A DNA stretch of 62,062 nt, the filler included, from Choristocarpus tenellus KU-1152 (lineage: Eukaryota > Protista > Phaeophyceae), in the NCBI GenBank assembly GCA_964200185.2. It is 7 parts of 7 records of this genome, joined end to end, with 100 filler letters (N's around TTAATTAATTAA, not from the genome) between each part and the next. Parts side by side here need not be neighbours in the genome. Positions count along the whole stretch, not along the records: positions 46,204 to 53,851 come from CAXNAD020005820.1; positions 53,952 to 62,062 come from CAXNAD020005129.1; 5 more parts are not named here. One strand, 5' to 3'. Positions within the stretch are counted from its first letter, which is position 1. Each line of letters starts with the position of its first letter. The translations under genes and the position numbers were made by a program. Positions 50,938-62,062 of this stretch are shown piece after piece. The notes under the pieces were generated by a model that worked only from the letters and a program-made list of their open reading frames with translations, did no database searches and was not told where the DNA came from.

Positions 50938-52530
50938 AAGGCCTGTAGATCATTTCTCTGCGCAGGAATGAAGATACTTATTGTTTTCTGTCAGGGAGAT
51001 GGTGGGATTTCGGTGCTGGTTAATGTTGTCCTCAAGATTTAAGTAAAACCTTCCGAGAGTGGAATGAATTTTGGCCCCTTTGAGTCCTAGGGCTCTTTTT
51101 TTAACCTTGTACAACATACACCATGCCCATTCCTGAAATGCACCTGACCCCTGTTAGGAGGTAGTTGGTGTAGAAGAAGAGGGCGGCTGCGAGGACATTG
51201 TTGGCCAAAAGCGCCATCCTCTGTGCTCAAAAGCACGCCTATCATGAGGAAGAATCAAGGGCCCTTAAAGCTCAACAAGAACCCCTCTTAAATTGTATGA
51301 CTCTTCACTGAATTTCATCCTATAGTGTTTGTTTTGTCGTGAGGTACATCTTTCATCATTGTGCCTTCACTCTGTGGTACTACTAGTTATAATATTATTT
51401 ATGGTCTGTTTTTATGATTGGGCGTGGTGAGGACATTATTTTGCGCAGAATGAAATGGTGGCTGCTTTGTATCTCTGTTAGTGACTTCATTGTACATTTT
51501 TTGTTCCCGTGTTGCATACAAGCATGAGGGATTAGTTTTGGTTTAGAGATTTTTGGGGTTCATTCTTGCTTTCAGACAATATGGGATGTGGTAAGTGATA
51601 CCCATCCTGACACCCTGGAGGAGAAGAGAATAGAGGGTAGGTGGACAAAGGCTTCTTGGTATGGATCTCTGTTGCACTGTCAAGTCAACCACTTCCTTGT
51701 TACATAATTTCAAAGTATACAGTATGAATTAATACATTCCACGTACTCACAATGCAAGGTGGAATCAGCTCATACATCAACCTTATGCTTGCTTGTCAAC
51801 ACTGGCACATGTTGTCCTCAGCAAGTTCACTTTGAAATGCGAGCTTGATCACTCCTCAGTAGACATGGGAACAACGATATGGATATGGTGTAGAAAGTAT
51901 GACCGGCACCAAAAGAAATCCTTAATGTGATGTAAATATCCCTTCATAGTAGTCAATCTTGGCGTATCACTGCCAAAAAAAAAAAAAATGGTCCACACGT
52001 CATCAACAGGTGAACGTTTGCATGTGCAATGAACCGGAAGTCCTCAACTTCTAGGTGCTCATTCCACTGATCAATACCCCGGTCGTAAAATCTGATTATT
52101 GTCGCCACGTAGGAGAGGCAGGGTTGCCGACCTCTTTCAAGAATCATCAGTAACACTCTATTAGTTCATGGTAAGATTGAGAAGGTGGCATCATATGAAG
52201 AGCAATGTTATTGTGCTAATGGCAAATGAAAAAGTAGGTTGATCAGAGGTGACACTGACCAAGCAGGGTCCATCCCCTGGGCAAGCCTCCCTGCATAGCA
52301 ATGATGTTCGTGCAGTTGTAACTTCTAGTGAGTTCGTATTTTGCTTCCTTACCTTTAGTACCATCACCACTATTGGAAGAACGTCCTCCGTAGCAGAGAA
52401 TGGGTACTGAAATCCTGTCCTTACGGGTTTGATGTGGCATTTACCTTGAACATCAGTATAATGCTCGTCTTGCTGAGAAACGCAACCATTAACTGTGACA
52501 ACAGTAGTAAGGAGTAGGGGTGTCCGTAAG

Positions 52531-53851
52531 TGATGAAGTGGTACCAGTACCTTAGTCCTCTGGAGCAATCTTGCTTTTTTTCACTGTAATACCACAAAAG
52601 AAGTATACAACAATATGTATCAAATGAAAGATAATGACAAGAGTGTTTGAAGGGTTATATCCATGAATGTCCAAATGTCGGTGAACGGGAGCTATGCCTC
52701 GATCAAATAATGACAAAAACGCCGGAGGAACATCTCCGGCGCAATTTTTGATGGTCACAAGTTCAAAAGATACAAAATGAAATGGTTGGCTGAACTCCCT
52801 GCAAAAAACTGATGCGGGTTAGACCCCTCCCTAAGTATGGCGCGTATGACAATACCAATAAAAAGCAAAACTTGCGGACTCTTTTTAGTGCCTTTTGCAG
52901 ACTTTATGTGAGCACACACACGGGTGACCCACACAGCAACATGAACTGTGACAATTAGACAAGGAGAGCCGCCGAGGCCACTCTGCCCCCTGGATCTACC
53001 CTCGGCACCTACTCTGTCGAGAGGCGACAGAAAAACTAGTACAGTGTGACACTCAGTTTGGTGTTAGGTGATAAGAAAGTGCGTGTACTGTGGCACACCA
53101 GCATGATCAAATCGCGCAATGGACCACACGGCCGCAACACTGACGCTAAGAGAAGATGCATGGTAAGCATTAAATTACCACACATATGTGGTTGGATCTT
53201 TAACCGCTGTGGAGCACTGCTCCACAGTCTCTGCCACCTCGGGAGAGCAGAAAGAGAGTGGTGAGTCCATCACAAAGTGGTACAGTGCCGATGTCTGTGG
53301 GGAAGCCTGGTCACACCTGGCGAAGGGTGGCCAGCGGAAGGGAAGGTTGAGGAGGAGAGCAATCCGACTGCGTGTCATTCGCTCAGGAAATGCCTAAGCG
53401 AAACCCTGGGTGTAGAATATCTTAGTAGTCGACAGTTGCAGCCGGCCCTGCTGGCTGTTTGGAAGGTATGCAAGCCGGAGTGGCTGAACGAAACAAGAAA
53501 AGGTGTTAGGTTTGGGGTAGAAGGGCTCTGAAGCCCGAAGAAGGTCAAAAGGGCTTGCAAGGCGGAGGAGAAAGGGATCGCAACAAAGACAGCTGTGGAA
53601 ACTTTTTGCTACCACCAAATTCTTTACTTTGAACAGGTTGTGAAGCAGGTGGAGGTAGCCATCGATGAGGACGCCAAGGAAGAAGAGGAGGTGAGATTGA
53701 TACTATTTGCGCACCGTTGGTTTGGTGTCTCCCACTTCTTGCAAGATGCCGTACATTCACTTTTGTTCCTGGACTTAGGGTTGGACGTATAAAGTTGATT
53801 AAGGCTTTCTCCCCGCCTGCATTCATTCGAGAAATCAACACAATTTTCGAT
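52531..53851. repeat. Copy 2 of the unclassified dispersed repeat
   Basis: Collinear with 44863-46103, lacks the MITE, and extends ~350 bp further to the contig end. Confidence 0.85.
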
Positions 53852-53951
53852 NNNNNNNNNNNNNNNNNNNNNNNNNNNNNNNNNNNNNNNNNNNNTTAAT
53901 TAATTAANNNNNNNNNNNNNNNNNNNNNNNNNNNNNNNNNNNNNNNNNNNN
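53852..53951. other. Artificial contig-joining spacer
   Basis: 44 N + TTAATTAATTAA + 44 N. Confidence 0.97.
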
Positions 53952-54020
53952 ATGGAAATCGCAACATTGGATTTCGGCCCCCGAATGGACGCGGCCCTAC
54001 CCTCTAAGATACTTTGACTC
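53952..54020. mobile_element. End of a family A MITE, cut by the contig start
   Basis: GCAACATTGGATTTCGGCCCC...GGACGCGGCCCTACCCTCTAAGATACTTTGACTC. Confidence 0.85.
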
Positions 54021-54325
54021 ACAGTCCACGCCTTCTTCCCAGAACTCATCCCCATCACCCAGGCAAAACTCCCTCTTGTGCCTTTCCGTTTGGTCCTGCT
54101 GGAGCACCTAGGCTGCTCGCTGGTGGAGCTTTCCCTTTAGGCACAGACCACAGAGGCCCCTCCTCCTCCTCCTCCTAGTGCTACTTGGGTATTTTGACTG
54201 CATCCTCCAGCGGATGTTCTCCTTCTTCTCGTTCTGTCCCAGCACAGTCCCCACGGGCTGCTTATCCAGGCACACCCCTATTGCATAGAACACACGGACC
54301 CCCCTTGTGCTTTCCTTCTCATGTT

Positions 54326-54502
54326 GGCTCAAAGTATTTGGGGGTGGGGGGGCTGCTGTCCATTTGGGCTCAATTTTATCGTATCGCGATTTTTGGGTGA
54401 TTTGGTTGCATACGTCAGATGGATAATGAAGTGCATTTTTCTTGGTTATGGTCCAAATGGACACCTTGGTGCAGACCCCCCCTCCCCCAGATACTTTGGG
54501 TC
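54326..54502. mobile_element. MITE family B copy (177 bp)
   Basis: TIRs GGCTCAAAGTATTTGGGG / CCCCCAGATACTTTGGGTC; 3-bp flanks GTT/GTT. Confidence 0.82.
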
Positions 54503-57500
54503 GTTGCTTGAGCACTGTGGCTGCATAGTGGCGGATGTCTCCTCTTTCTTCCCCAGCATATTCCCCACGAGGTTGCCCAGGTATACCCCCCCACTATTCC
54601 TTTCCTTCTTTTTTTTGGCTACTGGAGTACTGTGACAGATAAATTGTGGGACTTCCTGGCCTCATTTCCTCCCTCCACAGCCCCTCCGTGTTGCCCAGAG
54701 AGGGTATCCGGTGTGGAAGGGGTAGGCTGTGCCAAGGAGGGTCTGTGCCTGTCTGGGCAAAATTTCGGTCAAGTTTAAATGTATTTATGTAGTTGTGTGA
54801 AGTCTGTGAAGACTTTGACCTTGAAATTGGCCAGCGGGGAGTAGAAAAATAGTAATCAAAGCATATAGGCCAGGGCCATGCCAGACAGCACATTATAAAC
54901 AATATTAATATAACCATGGGATGGTCATCCCCTTGGTAATAATGTTCTAACATGTTGGACTACAAGTGGAAGTTAGGGTTAGGTGAAGAAGGGGAAGAGG
55001 GGGCGTTTGACAATGGTTACAAATATCCACCAGTTTGTATCCAGGGATCGCTATATCTTTATGGGGTGGAGCACAAGTTCTGTATTGTGCAAGGACTTTT
55101 TGGGGCTTGAGACAGAGACCATTTTCGTTATTTGTACGCAAATTTAGACGCGGTACTACAAGAACAGTGAAACAAGAATTGTTATGAGTACCTAATTATT
55201 TCGCCCTACACCTCACAACAGGGAGCTGTACGCTTTCTTCCTTTTCCCAACAACGCTACCCACAGGCATCGTCAATATATAGTTGCTCTTGCTTGCATCA
55301 GGTCCCACATACGGGGCAAATGAGTATCCCTCGGGGATATTTGGCTTGCTTTGGAATTGGTACCCTCAGCAACTGGTGTTCATCACTAGTAGTTTCCGTT
55401 TTATTATTTTTTCCCTATTTTTTTTGTAACCTTTGTCCTCCTGCTCACACTCACTGTTCCCAGTGCAATGAGCCACCTCTCTCGAAATACTACATTATAA
55501 TATGAGGGAATTGACGGTAATTGTGACGAGTTTTTTTTTATATTTTTGCAACCTACTTTCTCCCATTCAAAATATGGCCAACATGAGGGTGTCATCCAAG
55601 GTCTATGTAGGCTCCTGGGAGTAAAGACTTCCGACACATGAAACACGTTAGCGAAGGGGGGTGCAGGATCCACAATCTATTTAAACACTACCACAGGGGT
55701 CAAGGCGGGAATGTGGTCCGCATCTCATTTATGTTCCTCCTGCTTTTTTATTTGTGGCTCAGACGAACATGACATGAAGATGCCTTGCTTTCTCATCTTG
55801 GTGACCTGTGTAACATCCTTATGGTGAGTTTGGACTCTGCTACTCACCTTGAAGTAGTTTCTTTTCACTTTGCGCAAGAAATTGCAACCATCTCTAGAGA
55901 ATTGCACACACTCAGGCAAATATACTGCGACAATGCTGTTGAGCAATAACCCCATTCTCCTGTGCCTCACTTGTGACGAATAGAACGCCATGTCTGGTAG
56001 GCTATGGAGCTCTTTTCCCCAGGCATAGATGACACAGCCCCCCCTTGTGCCCTTCCTACTGCTGCTACTCCAGCACTGTGAATGCTTCGTCGCAGAGATT
56101 CTCCATCTATCTCCTCTTTCCCACCAGAATAGCCCCCACGGGTTTACCCATGGACAACCGCCTCCATGTGTATTTTTGTCTAAAGCTGCTGGAACAAAGC
56201 GACTTTCCTAGTGGAACTTCCCTTCCTCTTTCACTCGGGCACACTCCTTCCCAGAGATACAAAGTGTGGCAGTACAGATGGAGTACAGGTCACACTCCCA
56301 CCTCATTCCCTCACGAGTGTATCTCCAACCACTGACGTCTTCCACACTTTAGAAGATCTGGTGAATGGAAGTCTTTCTCCCTTGTAATCACACACAGACT
56401 TTCAACAAAACCCTTATGTCGTCCAGTTTGAGCGACAGGAAGAAGGTTGCAAAAATATTTTTGTTGGGACAATTGCTTACCCAACCAAGTTGCGAGTGTC
56501 CTCTTCACACTGGGAACATTGAGTACGAAAAGAGGCCAAATTGTGCCAGACTAATAATTGAATGTCAAGAGCACCAAGAGCGAACCATCCCATATGTTCC
56601 TGAGAGTTGCTCGTTCGGCTCATGTATGGTCTTGGGTGTAAGCAAGGGCAAGTACCCCCAAACAGTGCCTCTCGGTCGGGTGGTGGGAAAATGAATAGAT
56701 CGTGGGGCTGCTATTGTGCGAAAGAGAACACAAAATGGTTATATAGCTGGCTCTATTCTGCCATTTTGTATAGTAATTTCTTTAGGTTAGAAATGGGGGG
56801 GATAAAGCTGTCTCTATTCTGCCACGGCTACCGAGATGCCAGACCCAAGCGACCGAAGCCGATGCCCTTTTGGGGTCGTCGACAATCGTGTGTACAAATA
56901 CATACTCCGTACATATGTTGCCTGTGTGTGCAATCTAGTGTTTCACTCCACACAACAATTTAGTAGGGTAAAACATACGTAAGCAAAAAGATGTGAAAAA
57001 CACCCCCAATCAAAGGTTGAGGTTGTCAACTTAGGCAGGACTATCTTATACTAGGGGACTTCCGTTACTTCGAGACAGGAGATCGAGGATTTCTCAACGA
57101 AAGTTATTTCTTGATGGGAACGACAACAATATTCACCGAAAATAGCTACAGTGGTTTTATGGAACACTACTTAATTGTATAGACGTATATATAGTATTAC
57201 GAAGTAGTACTGAAGTCTGGTTTCAGCGGTAACTACGTACATTTCAGACGATGCTCAGTGTGTGTATTATCTGTTTACCCAAGACTTCACAGGCAGGAGG
57301 AAAGGAGTCAATATCTATGAAGAACTCTCGGACAGAAAAAAAGGCCATATAGCAGACACTTCACTTTTTTCTTTGCCTCCGTAACCTTCTTCATGTATCT
57401 CGTGATGTCCGTTATGTGTCTCTGCACGCTTGTTCTGTTCCGATTTATTCTTTTGAATGAGAGTTGTGGTGAAACCTAGGCATGACCAATAAATTTTTGG

Positions 57501-60250
57501 TTCAGTGCGTAAAACTATACTTGCACACAAGAAACCAGGCAACAATATAAAGTGTAGAGTGAGCTCTTGGACATGTTTTCTACTAGTATAGAAGGGGCAG
57601 ATGTGACAGACCCAGGTCTTTAGAGTGGGCTGATTAGCAGGTCTCGACTTGATTTATCATTATCTACAGTCCAAAAACGTCTCTTCTACTAGCGAACTCC
57701 TATTTTTTCCCGACACTGCTGGAAGGCTGCTCCCTCTGTAATGATAGCCTCCTAAGTCTGAGTCACCTACCCCCCGTTAAGAGATTAAGATTGCTGTATC
57801 TTTTTTTCCGGATGATGGAGGAAGAACTAGCCATATTACCTATAATATATTTTTCGCTTCGATGGTTGTAGATAAACTAAAAAAACACATACAAACACAA
57901 CCACACACACATCACATCTGAATACACCGCACTGCTCTTGTGATGTTGCATACGTTGGGACCTTCCTACAGAACTCCTTCGCATTCATTTTCTCCTTACA
58001 AAAATTCAAACGATGAAGCAACTGTGTTCCAGACTAGTAATTTGTATACCATAACTTCTAGGAAGACGCTGCAGCATGACAAAGCCCAGAACGCTGCTAT
58101 AGACCAGAAAGGAAGTACAATCAGGGACCTTGCAACCATGATAGCTATACCCTCATTCCTTTTGCTGTTGAGTCTTTTGGTGCCTGGTGTGCAAAATGGG
58201 ACAATGGTAAGGTATACCCTGTTTTGTGTACGTGAGATTATGGCATTGGATTAAGTCCACGTGATGTAACTATTGAGGTAGTACATCTGGGTTATGTATT
58301 GGGTTTGGTATTTCAATTAAACTTCTCTGCCAACACCATTGACTTACATCTGAGGCACAAATAATAATATAAAAGCAATAAGAAGACACCCCACCAGGTC
58401 ACTCTTCAGTTCAATCATGTGATCATATTCATCAATGGGGAATCGTGTGAGGCTCTCATCTTTTTCTTCTCTCTTCTACCATGCTGAGACAAACAGCAGT
58501 TTAAATTTGCACAGGTTATTAATACTTTTCAATTTTAACTGCACACTTTGTTCCACAACTAAGTGTTTCTCGTATGTATTGGGTATTTTTTTATCGATGT
58601 CGTGTGAAGTTGAGTTGGGATGTACGATTTGGTGGACACAAGAGCCATCCCAAGTGTTCTCGTTATGACATAGATTGGCTAGTAGGGGAATGTTGGAGCT
58701 AGTTCTCAACTCTTATTAAAGGGACAGATAGTTGGATATAATACCATCCTTGGTACCAGCACTCTTGTACTGAGTAGCATTTGCAGTTGTTGATAGATGT
58801 GGTTGGTTGCTATTTTTTCCTATATGCTCAAGTGGATCGGTACCTCCTTAGGCCTTTGCGCTTGGTGCTGGTGTTACGTCTGTTTATAACCGATAGATAC
58901 TCCACAAAAGCCTATCCATTCTATGTGGTATAATGCCAGCACAGTGTTGCCCCCCTTACACAGAAAACCTAAGTATGGATGATGGCTGATTCCACCATGC
59001 GGCATTTGATTAGTGTGCTTGTAACATATTTTTGACAAGGGTATTAATCACACACACCTTTGGTGTATAATGGGGTCATTTTTTATTTTTCTGTTCTTGT
59101 TCATGGTAGATACTTGGAAACAAACACTCCTTTGTGTGAATTCAGCGGAAGAACCCAAGGACAAGAGTGGGTCAGAACTGTCTGACCAATTGACTCCGTG
59201 CCTTCTATCAAAAACCTGGATGGAAAGTCTGCCGAAGAGATCATCACCACGCGAAATTGTACAGTCGTGGATCCTCTGTCAACCATGACGTGTAATCTGT
59301 ACTCTGGAGAGTAAATCTCAGTAAAGTTACTTGTTCCTTTCGCAACAGGGACAACGCATCACTCATCACTAGCAATACCCTGAGAAATGGGCCTATTCGG
59401 CCCATAATGTCAGTTATTCTGGACAACTTATATCCACGTCTAATTGGTATTTGTGAAATCTGTCCCCTATCTAATGCCCGAGTCCATTTGCTCTACAATG
59501 GTCGTTAACTACCACTACACTAGGTACCAATTCCTCTACAAATATGTAATGTCTGTTGTCTAGAGAACGTGCAATCACATGTATTTTTCTTATGACACAA
59601 GTAGTTTGGAACTACGCCCTCCCACCATGATGGCTACTACTTCTACATCACATATATATAATGATAATCATTTGAGACATACATTCCCTTCATCTGTAAC
59701 GTATGGTCATGCATTGGATGAACCAGAGAAAGCTATGATGTAGGAATGTGGTATGGTATAGAAGAAAGAAGGAATAATGCAAAGTGGAAAACACTCCCCA
59801 CAAACATCTGCACCCAACAAAAGTTCAACCATTTACTCGTACCTCTCGTTGTATCAGACAACGCTTAAAGGCCACATGCTTTGAAACGTTCTCTATTTTG
59901 CAAACCGTCCCACAATTACAATGTCCTTTGTCCTGGAAACGTTCGGAGACATTTGCACCACAACGTCCATTGTTTAGATAATTTTCCCCTTCTCCGTGTT
60001 TGTCCCTGAAACTCCAAGAGATGTTGTTCGAGCGTTACGTTGGCCCGTAAGGAGTTTGTTTGGTGTGTGATTTGTGAATTCTAAGAATAACATAGTGGTG
60101 GGTAGTAGTTGTACTTTTCCGGTATTGTGACATCCTTCACACAACTCGCAATAACAAAGCGTTTCGTTTCTTGTTAGATATAGAGCACTTACTGTGTGTA
60201 TATACACGCTAACCCTAACCCCGACCAGTATAGGAAAGAGAAAATGTAAT

Positions 60251-61603
60251 ATGCGAGGGGCTAACCAGTGCCTATCTGAGTTACAAAATGAGTGTGAGCT
60301 GAAATTGATGAAGGCGAGTGGTCCACATTATTCCCCCATGATGTTGGGACAATCTACTCCACTAGAGGGCGAACCAATAGTCGGTTGTCGTGTACAACGA
60401 GTTTCGAAATCCGTCCAGCACATTTTGGCAGCCCGAACTCTTCAGCAAGCATATGCGAAGAATGCTACTATCCGCAAGCACTTTCAGCAGGCCCAGGCAG
60501 CACTGGCATTACATAGGTACCTTAAACTGCGGAAACAGTTGCACAAAGCACGGGTGGCTGTTGCAGTGGGCGTGACAACAAAATCGTCGTCGCCTTTGCT
60601 CGACCCCAGCGTCAAAGCCCTAGTCGACAAGTTGACGGAGGTTGCAGATCTTATTAAAGGTCACGACTGGCATAGGGAGGACGAGGTGCAGGATGAGCCC
60701 GATCGTATATTGACAACTCTAGAAATAAACTCTTCAAGAAACCTAAACTCTACACGACAGAAAATGGAACCAAGATCAACCTCTACATCCACACAAGAAA
60801 TACATCCCACCAGCAAAAACATCACCCAAACTTCCCTTGCAGAGGGAAAGCAAGATACTGAGTGCGTGCAAGACACTGACATGGTAATAGAAGAGAACGA
60901 GTATGGAGATTATACAAGTACAGTAAGTGGAGAGGTCACATTTGACTTCAACAGTAGGGACAGTAGTTCACTATTAACAAGTGCTTTGAACGAGAACACC
61001 GAACACAGGGTGAATGTAACAGCAGATAAGGGGGAAGGGAAGACATGGACTTCTGGTGGTGGGTATGACAGTTACTTTGAGACTGAACGGCACCTCCATC
61101 AGCTGGACATAGAGTTGGATGCATTAGTTCAGAACTCGAACAATAAGAATGCCGACCTTGGGGCAGGGAATACAAAGGAGCCTAGAGATCGAGAGCAAGC
61201 GGCCCATCTCACAAAAGAGGAGAAGAAGCGGCAAGATATTGAAACCAAAAAAGAGACGTCTGCGCTTCTGAATCGGCTAGGGGTACTCAACAATTATCGC
61301 CAACCACTCTGGCGTTGGGTACAAGAAGGAGTTCTTTCACCGGATCCAGATATGATCCTGAAGGGGGTGAGGCTCATGCGTTTGGTGGTGCTGCTCATCA
61401 TTGTCTTCTACATTCGCCCCCGCTTAAATGTCCTAAAACGGAAAGCCAGGTGGGATGTTGTAGTAGCAGGTCAGCGGAGGCTCATTCCAACTTGGGGCTG
61501 GCTTCATCAAATTGATAGCAGTCCACATATTATTCAATGTGCGCATCATTTTCAGAGTTCTCATTGCATTCCCTTATTCTTTGCTTTTGTGCCAATGCTC
61601 TAA
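60251..61603 (+). CDS. Hypothetical protein (large exon; true ends uncertain, possible donor near 61450)
   Basis: A 469-codon open frame, far longer than the background ORFs, with helical, acidic low-complexity and hydrophobic (LVVLLIIVFYI) segments and one IQ-like stretch (AARTLQQAYAK). No family recognised. Confidence 0.6.
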   Translation: MRGANQCLSELQNECELKLMKASGPHYSPMMLGQSTPLEGEPIVGCRVQRVSKSVQHILAARTLQQAYAKNATIRKHFQQAQAALALHRYLKLRKQLHKARVAVAVGVTTKSSSPLLDPSVKALVDKLTEVADLIKGHDWHREDEVQDEPDRILTTLEINSSRNLNSTRQKMEPRSTSTSTQEIHPTSKNITQTSLAEGKQDTECVQDTDMVIEENEYGDYTSTVSGEVTFDFNSRDSSSLLTSALNENTEHRVNVTADKGEGKTWTSGGGYDSYFETERHLHQLDIELDALVQNSNNKNADLGAGNTKEPRDREQAAHLTKEEKKRQDIETKKETSALLNRLGVLNNYRQPLWRWVQEGVLSPDPDMILKGVRLMRLVVLLIIVFYIRPRLNVLKRKARWDVVVAGQRRLIPTWGWLHQIDSSPHIIQCAHHFQSSHCIPLFFAFVPML

Positions 61604-61845
61604 GTTGCAGCTCTTGTGCTTAAAATAGTGATGTGGCACTTAAGATAATCCAGTTGTTGTACAAGGTAATTTGATTCCAAAATATTAGAAGCAACTCCAC
61701 ACACATCACTTATAAGCTTGAAGTACTGTATTTAGCTTGTGCTTGTTGTCGTGGATTCCCCAAAGAAAAAACACGGATCCTTATCGATTTACTTCAGAGT
61801 TTATATTGTCCACCTGTCAACCTTCTAGGCCTAGGAAACTCTAAA

Positions 61846-62026
61846 GGCTCAAAGTATCTAGGGGGGGTGGCGGCCGTCCATTTGGGGTCCATTTTTTCAT
61901 GTGGCGATTTTTCGGTGATTAGGCTGCACACGTCGGATGGATAATGTAAATGCACTTTTCCTGATTTGGGGTCAAATGGACACCCTGGTGTAGACCCCCT
62001 CCCCCCCCCCCCAGATACGTTTGCCC
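61846..62026. mobile_element. MITE family B copy (181 bp)
   Basis: TIRs GGCTCAAAGTATCTAGGGGG / CCCCCAGATACGTTTGCCC; 3-bp flanks AAA/AAA. Confidence 0.82.
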
Positions 62027-62062
62027 AAACCCATGTACACTTGAGAAGGGAAAACTATCCCC

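Noticed and set aside
6625-53951. Palindromic TTAATTAATTAA repeated six times between N runs
   Set aside because: Identical 44N+12+44N structure with stops in all frames: a synthetic contig linker, not biology.

Overview
Eukaryotic genomic DNA, most likely from a photosynthetic stramenopile such as a brown alga. The evidence is intron-rich GT-AG genes, a plastid-targeted nitrite reductase with an ASAFAP-like bipartite presequence, and a LINE C-terminus of the type seen in brown algae. The window is not one locus: seven contigs are joined by an artificial 100-bp spacer (44 N + TTAATTAATTAA + 44 N), so adjacency across spacers means nothing. Contig 1 (1-6624): decayed Ty1/copia element with three MITE insertions, one nested. 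Contig 2 (6725-18161): partial multi-exon gene joining a fimbrin/plastin-type CH domain to an IQ-motif array. Contig 3 (18262-28511): signal-peptide-bearing PDI-like gene with two CGRC thioredoxin domains, head-to-head with an unknown gene. Contig 4 (28612-31711): partial cyclin Y/Pho80-type cyclin. Contig 5 (31812-46103): complete 9-exon ferredoxin-nitrite reductase with a basic C-terminal tail, plus a LINE remnant. Contig 6 (46204-53851): copia remnants and the 3' end of a sugar porter. Contig 7 (53952-62062): large hypothetical exon. The main cross-window patterns are several MITE families with GAG/GG...CTC/CC ends, lengths near 260 bp or 175 bp and 4- or 3-bp target duplications, and a strong excess of short interstitial TTAGGG repeats, one of them inside a MITE TIR. 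All gene models were spliced by hand; no database searches were run.
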